Virus record (IMG/VR): IMGVR_UViG_3300025109_000004
Coordinates: 5,056-69,055 of that record
Length of the DNA stretch: 64,000 bases
Reading direction: 5' to 3' (one strand)
Source of the DNA: a virus
The notes under the pieces were generated by a model that ran no database searches, was not told where the DNA came from, and worked only from the letters and a program-made list of their open reading frames with translations. Shown piece by piece: positions 55,708 to 64,000 of the stretch (the first letter of the stretch is position 1; each line of letters begins with the position of its first letter). Both the position numbers and the translations under genes were made by a program.

Positions 55708-58308
55708 TTGACAACCAGAAAACTTTTTGACATAAAAAAAATGAAACCCGCTGATCAGATCATCACCGAGCCCCATTGTCTCAAGTGTGGTCTTGATAGA
55801 AAATGTCAAACCCCGAAAATGAAGTGGACGGGAAAGGGAAGGCAGAAAGTTCTAATATGGGGGGAGGCTAATGGTGCTACTGAGGACGAGTCGGGTATCC
55901 AATTCAGTGGTGATGCTGGGGATGTTCTGAGAACCGAGTTGAAAAAGAATGGTCTTGATCTTGACAAGGATTTCTGGAAGGACAACTCCCTTGGATGCAG
56001 ACCAATGAACCCGAAAAAAACTGCCAACAGACCCCCCACAGATGCCGAGATAAAATACTGTAGACCCAGAATCAGAAAAGTTGTGGAGGAACTAAAGCCG
56101 GAGCAGATTTGGTTATTTGGTGGCATGGCGGTAAAGAGTTTCCTTGGGCAGAAGATCAGTGATTGTGCTATCAACAGATGGAGGGGGCTCTGTATCCCGG
56201 ACAGGGATGTTAATGCATGGGTGCTCCCGATGTTCCACCCCTCCTACCCAATGAGGGACTCAAAAAATTATAATCTTAAATCGGTCTTTGAGAGGGATAT
56301 AAAATTTGCCTGTTTACAGATCGGAAAAGAGTTCCCGGAGTTTAAGGATGAGTGGAAGCAGGTTAAAGTATTAAAAACATTTGATAAGGTATGTAATGCC
56401 CTTGAAGATGTATTACATTGGCAACCAAAGTATTTTTTCTTTGACTATGAGACCACCGGGATCAAACCCCATAAAGAAGGAAGTAAGATAGCGTCTATTT
56501 CCTTTACCTCATCAATTACCCCCTTACATGCCTATAGTTTCCCCTACGAGTTCAATAATTACTGGACTCCTCTCCAGTTACGACAAATTAGAAAACGATG
56601 GATCAAGATTCTCAAACACCCAAAGATAAAAAAAGTGGCTCAGAACTCCAAGTTTGAGGATAGCTGGTCGAGAGTGATCTTTAATACTGTTCCCGATCCT
56701 TGGCACTGGTGTACTATGAACTGCTCTCATGTGCTTGACAACCGGCAATATTTCTCAAGCCTTACATTTCAACTCTACATCCAATTCGGTATTAATCCAT
56801 ATGACAAAGAGATGAAGAAATATCTTGAGAGCAAGGATTCAACGGGGTTCAATAGAGTAATGGAAGCCCCTCTTGATAAACTGCTGGGGTATGGGGGGAT
56901 GGATAGTCTTGGTGGGTATAAACTATTTCTTAAACAGCAACAGGAACTAAAAGGGAAAAAGAAAAAAGCATTTATGTTTTTCATGGATGGGTTGGAGGTA
57001 TTCTCCGATATACAGGAAAATGGGATCCCTGTAGATGACCTGTATTATGAGAGAAAAAGAAAGAGGCTGACAAAACAGATCACAGAAATGGGGAATGAAC
57101 TGGTTAATGGAGTGGAGGGAAAAAAGTTCAAAGAGAGGGAGAACAGGGAACTTAAACTTACGTCAAATAAGGATATGGGTATTTTATTATATGAGGTTTT
57201 AAAGTTTCCTGTAATTAAGACACAAGATGGAAAAGGAAAGAACTACTGCGTCGATGTAAATGCTCTGGAGCAGACCGATTCTGATTTCACGAGAAAACTA
57301 TTGAGAAAGAGGAAATTGGAAAAAGTTATGGGGACATATATTGCCCAGTTCCAGAGGGAATCTGTTGGCGATATCATGTACCCGATATTCGACCTCCATA
57401 CCACGAGGACATACAGACCCAGTGGTAGCAAACCAAACTTCACAAACATTCCAAGACGTGATAAGGAAGCAAAAAATATCTGTCGCGGTGGGATTATTCC
57501 AAGCAAGGGAAATAAACTTGGGGAGTTTGACTTTAAGGGGATAGAGGTAAATATTTCCTGTTGTTACCACCACGATCCTACCATGATAAATTATGTAACT
57601 AATCCAAAATCAGATATGCATAGGGATGGAGCATGTGATATCTGGCAACTAACTAAAAAAGAAATTACAGATGATATACGTGATAGGGTAAAGAATGATT
57701 GGACGTTCCCCCAATTCTATGGTGATTGGTACATGCAATGTGCAGAATCATTAATAAAAGATTGTTTCAATCTAAAGACCACATCAGGTATTATTTTAGA
57801 AGATCATATAGCAGGATTTAATAAGAAATCATCATGGGTGACTGATAAAGAGTATTTTGAAAACCACTGTAAGGAAGCAGAGAGGATAATGTGGGAAGAG
57901 CGGTTCCCGGTCTACGCCCAATGGAAAAAAGATATTAATAAATTCTACAGAAAGCATGGTTATATTGAAACCCATATGGGATTTCGATACACGGGGTATA
58001 TGGGCAGGAACGATGTTACCAACTATCAGACTCAAGGAACGGCTTTCCACTGTCTGCTCTGGACTCTGATACAGGTGAACGAGATATCCAAAAAGGAAAA
58101 ATGGGGAAGCAAGATTATCGGACAGATATATGATAGTATTGTTTTTGATCTTGTGCCTGATGAGCAGGATCATATTATAGAAACGGTCAATAGGATTGGT
58201 ACGAAGGAGATTAGGAAAGAGTTTGATTGGATCATCGTGCCATTGAGTATCGACTTTGAGGTAACCCCGATTGATGGGGCATGGAACGAGAAGGAGAAAG
58301 TAAGATGA
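55708..58308 (+). CDS. polA: Family A DNA polymerase with N-terminal family-4 UDG-like domain and 3'-5' exonuclease
   Basis: UDG: C..CGL...C, GEA.G..ED..G..F.G.AG, CRP..N..P, FHPSY. Exonuclease: DYETTG, N.KFE, Y...D. Polymerase: PN..NIP, DF..IE, R...K...F..FYG, QGTA, IYDS. Confidence 0.93.
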   Translation: MTTRKLFDIKKMKPADQIITEPHCLKCGLDRKCQTPKMKWTGKGRQKVLIWGEANGATEDESGIQFSGDAGDVLRTELKKNGLDLDKDFWKDNSLGCRPMNPKKTANRPPTDAEIKYCRPRIRKVVEELKPEQIWLFGGMAVKSFLGQKISDCAINRWRGLCIPDRDVNAWVLPMFHPSYPMRDSKNYNLKSVFERDIKFACLQIGKEFPEFKDEWKQVKVLKTFDKVCNALEDVLHWQPKYFFFDYETTGIKPHKEGSKIASISFTSSITPLHAYSFPYEFNNYWTPLQLRQIRKRWIKILKHPKIKKVAQNSKFEDSWSRVIFNTVPDPWHWCTMNCSHVLDNRQYFSSLTFQLYIQFGINPYDKEMKKYLESKDSTGFNRVMEAPLDKLLGYGGMDSLGGYKLFLKQQQELKGKKKKAFMFFMDGLEVFSDIQENGIPVDDLYYERKRKRLTKQITEMGNELVNGVEGKKFKERENRELKLTSNKDMGILLYEVLKFPVIKTQDGKGKNYCVDVNALEQTDSDFTRKLLRKRKLEKVMGTYIAQFQRESVGDIMYPIFDLHTTRTYRPSGSKPNFTNIPRRDKEAKNICRGGIIPSKGNKLGEFDFKGIEVNISCCYHHDPTMINYVTNPKSDMHRDGACDIWQLTKKEITDDIRDRVKNDWTFPQFYGDWYMQCAESLIKDCFNLKTTSGIILEDHIAGFNKKSSWVTDKEYFENHCKEAERIMWEERFPVYAQWKKDINKFYRKHGYIETHMGFRYTGYMGRNDVTNYQTQGTAFHCLLWTLIQVNEISKKEKWGSKIIGQIYDSIVFDLVPDEQDHIIETVNRIGTKEIRKEFDWIIVPLSIDFEVTPIDGAWNEKEKVR

Positions 58309-58520
58309 AAGATATATGGATAAAAGAAAAAGTAAAATTGCATTTGGGGATAAGCCATGACCGACCTTGTTATTTGTGAAGAATTTGATAAAAAAATATG
58401 TATTGATAAGTGTTCCCATTTTGGGAAGCATGAAAGAGATAATTGTTTTTGTGAATTAATTACTTATTGTGATGAAGTGGGAAAAATGCTTAAATGCGTC
58501 CCGGTTAAAGAGGAGGGGGA

Positions 58521-58724
58521 ATGAAAAAAGCAATGATACATTTTGATTTTACAATAGAGGTTATATGTCCGTATTGCGGAACAAAGATTAATTTAGCAGG
58601 CTACGATAATGATGCGTGTTTTTCCGGCCCTATTTTTGAAGGTAGGCCACATGATTTAATAAATGAATCTTTTGAGTGTATTTCATGCGAACAGGTTTTT
58701 AAATTTAAAGGTATAGAAAGGTAG
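58521..58724 (+). CDS. Small Zn-ribbon protein
   Basis: CPYCG...CISC. Confidence 0.6.
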   Translation: MKKAMIHFDFTIEVICPYCGTKINLAGYDNDACFSGPIFEGRPHDLINESFECISCEQVFKFKGIER

Positions 58725-58725
58725 A

Positions 58726-59367
58726 ATGAAAAAACTAACCAAAGAGGAAAAAGTAGAATTAAGGCAAGCGGTGAAGATGACTAGGAAACGGTTTAAGGTG
58801 AAGAATTTTAAGAAAGGAAAAGTAATCATGACAGTATTTTTTACGGCAGATGAACATTACGGTCACTATACAAGCAAAGATAAAAACATAATCAAGTACT
58901 GCAATAGACCTTTCTCATCTATTGAAAAAATGGATGAAACCCTGATTAACAATCATAATGAAGTAGTTAGAGATCAGGATATAGTTTATCATCTTGGTGA
59001 TTTTACTCTTGGCAATTTAGATATGGCTGAAAGTTATTATCAAAAATTAAATGGATGCCATTTTTTCCTTCAGGGAAGTCACGATAGATGGTTTTGGGAA
59101 CCAAGACCTTTTATCATCGAAAAGAAAATACAGGGACAACATATTGTTATGTGTCATTACGCAATGAGGGTATGGGCAAGATCACACTACAATAGCTGGC
59201 AGATATATGGCCACTCACATGGGCAACTAGATCCTATTGGAAAGCAGTGGGATGTTGGTATGGACAACAATAATTTCTATCCTATTTCATTTGAAAACTT
59301 AAAAGAAATTATGAATAGACAGCCAGATAATTTTAACCTTGTGAAGGAGAAAATAAAATCCAACTGA
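58726..59367 (+). CDS. Calcineurin-like phosphoesterase
   Basis: FTADEHYGH, YHLGDF, GSHD, CHYA, YGHSHG, DVG.D. Confidence 0.9.
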   Translation: MKKLTKEEKVELRQAVKMTRKRFKVKNFKKGKVIMTVFFTADEHYGHYTSKDKNIIKYCNRPFSSIEKMDETLINNHNEVVRDQDIVYHLGDFTLGNLDMAESYYQKLNGCHFFLQGSHDRWFWEPRPFIIEKKIQGQHIVMCHYAMRVWARSHYNSWQIYGHSHGQLDPIGKQWDVGMDNNNFYPISFENLKEIMNRQPDNFNLVKEKIKSN

Positions 59368-59573
59368 GACGATATAGTTTTCTGGAAACCTGCACGAATG
59401 TAGGGGTGGGGTTTGGGGTGACCATAATAGTTGCGAAACTGGTCTATCCACTCTTTGGATGGGATGCCCCGATGGATAAGGTACTTGGTATTACGATCAT
59501 ATTCACGGTACTATCCATAGCAAGAGGGTACATTATGAGAAGAATATTTGATTATTTCACGGGAGGGAATTAA
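59358..59573 (+). CDS. Small two-TM membrane protein with apparent ATC start (not in ORF track)
   Basis: IQLRRYSFLETCTNVGVGFGVTIIVAKLVYPLFG...LGITIIFTVLSIARGYIMRRIF; AAGGAG 8 nt upstream. Confidence 0.55.
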   Translation: MQLRRYSFLETCTNVGVGFGVTIIVAKLVYPLFGWDAPMDKVLGITIIFTVLSIARGYIMRRIFDYFTGGN

Positions 59574-59576
59574 TAC

Positions 59577-60956
59577 ATGGACTATAATAATTTCCTAAAA
59601 TTAAAAATACATAAAATAGAGGGAACAGGCATCATAATTAATCATAATAAATTAAACCCAATGCTTTTTGATTTTCAAAAACATATTGTTAAATGGGCAT
59701 TGAAAATGGGACGTGCTGCTATATTTGCCGATACCGGAACCGGTAAAAGCATAATGGAATTTGAATGGGCCAAACACATAATTAAAAAAACAAACGGCAA
59801 TATACTATTATTAACTCCTATTGCTGTGGGTGAACAGATGCTAAAAGAGGCTGAAAAGTTCGGAATTGATGATGTAACACGGTCACGAGATGGAAAGATA
59901 AAAAGTAAAATAACGATAACAAATTATGAAAGACTCCATTATTTTAATCCCAGTGATTTTATTGGTATGATATGTGATGAATCTGGCATACTCAAAAACT
60001 TTAAATCAACCACAAAAAGAGGAATAAATATTTTTGTTAGAAAAATAAAATATCGATTATTGGCAACTGCAACAGCAGCCCCAAATGATTTCATTGAGCT
60101 TGGCAATTCATCTGAGGTGCTTGGATACCTTGGGTATATGGATATGCTATCACGCTTCTTCAAGAATGATCAACAAAATTGTGCAACTAATAAGGGTATG
60201 TATAGGGAAATAATAAAATGGCGTCTAAAAAATCACGCACATATATCTTTCTGGCAGTGGGTATGTAGTTGGGCAATAGCATTGAGAAAACCATCTGATT
60301 TAGGTTATGATGATAACGGTTTTATTCTCCCGGCATTAGAAGAAAATTATCATAAACTTGAAATATCAAGGAAACCAAATCGAGGACAGTTATTTACTTT
60401 CCCAGCACATGGATTGAAAGAAGTCAGGGATGAACGAAGGGCCACATATAAACAAAGATGTGAAGCTATAGCAGAGATTGTTAATAAAATAGATGATTAT
60501 TCTGTTGTTTGGTGCAATTTAAATGATGAGGGAAATTTGCTGGAAAAGTTAATAGATAATTCTGTTCAAATCAGTGGTCGTGACACCGATGACAGTAAAG
60601 AAAGAAAACTAATAGATTTTTCAACAGGCAATATCAAAAAACTTGTCACAAAGCCAAAGATAGGGGCTTGGGGGTTGAACTGGCAGCATTGTAACCATGT
60701 GGCTTATTTTCCGGCATACAGCTATGAACAGATATATCAGGCGATAAGGAGATGTTGGCGTTTCGGTCAAAAGAGGAAAGTTACTGTTGACTATTTTTAT
60801 ACCCAGGGTGATGTAAATTCTATTAAAAATTTAGAAAGAAAGAAACAACAGGCGGATGAAATGTTTACCAAACTGACAGAGGAAATGAACAATCCATTGA
60901 ATCTAAGAAATACAATAAATTTTAATCAGGAGGTTAAATTACCATTATGGGCGTGA
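59577..60956 (+). CDS. SNF2-like helicase coupled to DNA methyltransferase
   Basis: FADTGTGKS, CDES, ATATAAPND, QAIRRCWRFGQ. Confidence 0.88.
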   Translation: MDYNNFLKLKIHKIEGTGIIINHNKLNPMLFDFQKHIVKWALKMGRAAIFADTGTGKSIMEFEWAKHIIKKTNGNILLLTPIAVGEQMLKEAEKFGIDDVTRSRDGKIKSKITITNYERLHYFNPSDFIGMICDESGILKNFKSTTKRGINIFVRKIKYRLLATATAAPNDFIELGNSSEVLGYLGYMDMLSRFFKNDQQNCATNKGMYREIIKWRLKNHAHISFWQWVCSWAIALRKPSDLGYDDNGFILPALEENYHKLEISRKPNRGQLFTFPAHGLKEVRDERRATYKQRCEAIAEIVNKIDDYSVVWCNLNDEGNLLEKLIDNSVQISGRDTDDSKERKLIDFSTGNIKKLVTKPKIGAWGLNWQHCNHVAYFPAYSYEQIYQAIRRCWRFGQKRKVTVDYFYTQGDVNSIKNLERKKQQADEMFTKLTEEMNNPLNLRNTINFNQEVKLPLWA

Positions 60957-61906
60957 TAAATCAAAAACATACAAATGAATATAGTATATATGAAGGTGAT
61001 TGTATTCAAGTGATGGCAGATTTAAAAGACGAGTCTATTGATTTATCGGTATATAGTCCTCCTTTTGCGGTGGGTAGCGGTGGCCTTTACATATATTCAA
61101 GTAGTGAAAGGGACTTGTCAAATTCAGATAATTATGATGATTTTTTTAGACATTACAAGTATGCATTAAAGCAATTATTTAGAGTAACAAAGCCCGGTAG
61201 ATGTACAGCTGTTCATTGCATGGATACCCCGAGCAGTAATTCAGGACAGGATTACCTTATTGATTTTCCCGGCGATATCATAAGAGCACATGAGAAAGAA
61301 GGTTTTAATTATATTGCTCGCCATTGCATATGGAAAGAACCGTTAACGGTACGAAACAGGACTATGACAAAAAACCTTGCACACGCAACAATTGTAAAAG
61401 ATTCAATTTATTGTGGCGTGGCTTCTGCTGACTATCTTTTGATTTTCAGGAAAAAAGGAGAAAACAAAATTCCTATAACTCATAAGAGAGGGCTAACTAG
61501 ATACTATGGCGAAAGAAAAATACCTAGTAGTTTACTTAAATATAAAAATTGGAAAGGCAAACAGACAGAAAATCGTTTTTCTCATTGGATATGGAGACAG
61601 TATGCATCCTCTTTTTGGGATGATATACGATTGGATAATGTTTTAAAATTTAAAGAAGGTAAGGATGAAGATGATGAAAAACATATACATCCCCTTCAAC
61701 TAGATGTAATAGCCCGGATAGTTGAACTTAGATCAAATCCGGGGGAGATTATATTGTCTCCATTTATGGGCGTTGGAAGTGAGGTTTATGGATCTGTTAC
61801 CAATAACAGGAAGGCAATCGGTATTGAATTGAAACCGAGCTATTACAAACAAACTATAAAGAATTTAAAAGGAATAAAAAAAGAACAAATAAAAAGACTA
61901 TTTTAA
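60947..61906 (+). CDS. Beta-class amino-DNA methyltransferase (probably m4C)
   Basis: GDC, SVYSPPF (SPPx), KHIHPLQL, SPFMGVGS, GIELK. Confidence 0.88.
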   Translation: MGVINQKHTNEYSIYEGDCIQVMADLKDESIDLSVYSPPFAVGSGGLYIYSSSERDLSNSDNYDDFFRHYKYALKQLFRVTKPGRCTAVHCMDTPSSNSGQDYLIDFPGDIIRAHEKEGFNYIARHCIWKEPLTVRNRTMTKNLAHATIVKDSIYCGVASADYLLIFRKKGENKIPITHKRGLTRYYGERKIPSSLLKYKNWKGKQTENRFSHWIWRQYASSFWDDIRLDNVLKFKEGKDEDDEKHIHPLQLDVIARIVELRSNPGEIILSPFMGVGSEVYGSVTNNRKAIGIELKPSYYKQTIKNLKGIKKEQIKRLF

Positions 61907-61916
61907 GGAGTAACTA

Positions 61917-62849
61917 ATGCCATTACATACTACCTATAGACCAAAAACGTTAAAAGAATTTTTTGGGAATGATGCAATAGTGAAGAGCCTAAAATCAGTC
62001 TTAGATCGTAAGAAGGATAAACCCCATTCCTTCCTCTTCACCGGACCAAGTGGGTGTGGCAAGACCACCCTCGCACGAATCCTGAAACATGAACTCAAGT
62101 GTGATGACATGGATTTCTATTCCTACAATGCCGCCAACACAAGAGGCATCGACACCATCAGGGAGATCAATGAGAAGAAATCATTTAGACCGATGAGCGG
62201 AAAAATAAAAATCTATATGTTAGAGGAGTGTCACCAAATTACAGGAGCCGGAATTGAGGCTATGCTTGACATGATTGAGGAGCCCCCATCCCATGTATTC
62301 TTTATACTCTGCACCACTGAGCCAGAGAAACTGAAGGTCACATTAAAAAGGCGTTGCCATCATTATGAGGTTCAGCCTCTGTTTAGAAATGAAATGAACC
62401 AGTTGATCGACAGGATACTTGATATTGAGAAAGCCAAAATAGAGAAATTAGTTAAGGACAAGATAGTATCCCTTGCGAATGGTAGTGCGGGGATGGCTTT
62501 GAAAATGCTAGATAGCGTGATCGACATGGATGATGAGGAGCAGGCAATTGATGCTCTTGAATCCACAACGGTGAGTGAGGCAGAGGTAATCGAGCTGTGC
62601 AGGGAACTTGTGAAGGGCAGGTCATGGAAGAAAATCAAGGAAATTTTAAAAGGCATAAAAGGGGAACCAGAATCCATCCGATACGCAGTGCTAGGATACA
62701 TGAATAGTGTGATGTTGAACAACGGAGGAGGGGACGTGGCGGAGGTTCAGTCCTGTTTTATGGATTCATATATTTACTGCGGGAAGGCTGGTTTGGTCCA
62801 GTCATGTTATTTAGCCTGCAGACATATTAGTGTTCCATCCTGGGTATAA
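61917..62849 (+). CDS. dnaX: Clamp loader ATPase (DnaX gamma/tau-like)
   Basis: LH..YRP, HSFLFTGPSGCGKTT.ARI, NAA..RGID.IR, LEECH, EEPP.H..FILCTT. Confidence 0.88.
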   Translation: MPLHTTYRPKTLKEFFGNDAIVKSLKSVLDRKKDKPHSFLFTGPSGCGKTTLARILKHELKCDDMDFYSYNAANTRGIDTIREINEKKSFRPMSGKIKIYMLEECHQITGAGIEAMLDMIEEPPSHVFFILCTTEPEKLKVTLKRRCHHYEVQPLFRNEMNQLIDRILDIEKAKIEKLVKDKIVSLANGSAGMALKMLDSVIDMDDEEQAIDALESTTVSEAEVIELCRELVKGRSWKKIKEILKGIKGEPESIRYAVLGYMNSVMLNNGGGDVAEVQSCFMDSYIYCGKAGLVQSCYLACRHISVPSWV

Positions 62850-62875
62850 GATAAAATAAAAATTAGAGGAATAAT

Positions 62876-63772
62876 ATGATAAGACAAATTTTATTAAATA
62901 TCAACGAAGACCTTTTATGCTCTATTGAAAAAAGAGCTAAAGATTTAAAATTAGACAGAACTAAATTTATACGACATGCTATAGAATCTTTTATTAATTC
63001 TAAAAGTACAAATATAGAAAAAAGGTTAACTAATATTGAAAAAGAACAGATAACTCATAATAAAACAACTAAACTCGCTGTTAAATTAATGGAACAAATA
63101 AATGAAATGAAATTAAAAAAAGAAATAAATGAACAATATTCTTGTGAAGAATTATTTATAGTATTTACTAGACTTAATCCAGAGCAATTATATTCGGCAC
63201 ATATTAGTGTTCCATCATGGGTTGACTGTCCAGATGATAAAGGAAAATTTGGAGTGGACTTTGATAAACTCCGAGCCTGTCGGAATTGTGGCACTATCAA
63301 CAGATGTAATATGACTCCTAGATATTGCGATATATATGATTTATGTGCAGAAAAAAATAAAAACATTAAATTTGGGGATACCTCAGATGGTCATTGTGGT
63401 GGTCTTGAAGATATAGAGATACCAAAAAGTTTTATTCAAAGAATAATAGAGTGGAAAAAACTTAAAGAACGGAAAAAACCAACAAAACGAAAATTATTTT
63501 CTATTGAAAAAGAAAAACAAAAAGAAATAATTATAGAAAATAATATAGATATACCATTATCAAAAATTAATTCTGTTGGAAGAAAATCATTATTGCCTTT
63601 TAAAACTATGAATATTGGAGATTCTATTTTTATATCTGATCAATTTATGCAAGAACATTTCGCAAAAACCACTCATGCAAAAGATAGTGCAAGAGCTTAT
63701 GGCAAAAGACATAATAAAAAATTTATGACTAGAAGAAAAGAGAATGGATATAGAATATGGAGAATTAAATAA
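62876..63772 (+). CDS. Chimeric DNA-binding protein (RHH + Cys cluster + small C-terminal domain)
   Basis: N-terminal ILLNINEDLL..IEKRA...DRTKFIR.AI; CP..G.FG.DFD..C..C; IENNIDIP...PF..M.IGDS...RIWR. Confidence 0.6.
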   Translation: MIRQILLNINEDLLCSIEKRAKDLKLDRTKFIRHAIESFINSKSTNIEKRLTNIEKEQITHNKTTKLAVKLMEQINEMKLKKEINEQYSCEELFIVFTRLNPEQLYSAHISVPSWVDCPDDKGKFGVDFDKLRACRNCGTINRCNMTPRYCDIYDLCAEKNKNIKFGDTSDGHCGGLEDIEIPKSFIQRIIEWKKLKERKKPTKRKLFSIEKEKQKEIIIENNIDIPLSKINSVGRKSLLPFKTMNIGDSIFISDQFMQEHFAKTTHAKDSARAYGKRHNKKFMTRRKENGYRIWRIK

Positions 63773-64000
63773 ATGTCCTTAAGTAAAGACGAGATAATAA
63801 AGAAATACGGGATGGTCAAAATCAGGAAGTACAGATGTATCCTTGGGGAGAATGCCTTCAGGGCAAAGAGAGGGTATTACTTCGGGGGTCTGGGGGCATA
63901 TGAATATGATCCGGTAAGAACAGCAGGATGTGTCTTTGACTGGTGTGGAAATGCCAGATTATGTAGACGGGATATGAAGAAGAAACAGCCAGTGAATCCC
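63773..64000 (+). CDS. Hypothetical protein, runs off window
   Basis: ATG directly after the previous stop; open to the end of the window. Confidence 0.45.
   Translation, partial: MSLSKDEIIKKYGMVKIRKYRCILGENAFRAKRGYYFGGLGAYEYDPVRTAGCVFDWCGNARLCRRDMKKKQPVNP

Noticed and set aside
26040-63548. Short duplications as diversity-generating retroelement TR/VR pairs
   Set aside because: Copies are exact or nearly so, without adenine-specific mismatches, are under 60 nt, and there is no reverse transcriptase in the window.
1-64000. Lysis, integrase or repressor genes
   Set aside because: None recognisable; they may lie outside the window, so lifestyle cannot be settled.

Overview
A 64-kb section of a tailed (siphovirus-type, HK97-fold) bacteriophage genome, arranged as two divergent arms around a non-coding switch at about 32.4-32.9 kb. 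The minus arm (1-32.4 kb) is the late/virion operon: terS, PBSX-type terL, HK97 portal, a 1270-aa MuF protein (intein, HExxH peptidase and ART-like domains), an extended prohead protease, major capsid protein, decoration/neck/tail genes, a glycosyltransferase-methyltransferase block, tail tube, a -1 frameshifted tail chaperone pair and a truncated tape measure gene. The plus arm (32.7-64 kb) holds small early genes separated by a family of covarying hairpins, a Ycf46-like AAA module, and replication genes (SNF2 helicase, primase, initiator with iterons, DnaB, beta clamp, UDG-PolA fusion, clamp loader). It also encodes a DNA methyltransferase and a 7-deazaguanine DNA-modification pathway (queD, queE, queC, folE, dpdA). 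The most unusual observations are: (1) an apparently split DpdA followed by three alternative micro-ORFs resembling its missing N-terminus; (2) two independent 50-55-nt segments copied elsewhere in circularly permuted order; (3) a conserved bulged-hairpin family between early genes; (4) a 39-bp conserved promoter class; (5) a dispersed ~110-bp non-coding element. All calls come from reading motifs by eye; no database search or folding program was run, and the host cannot be determined.
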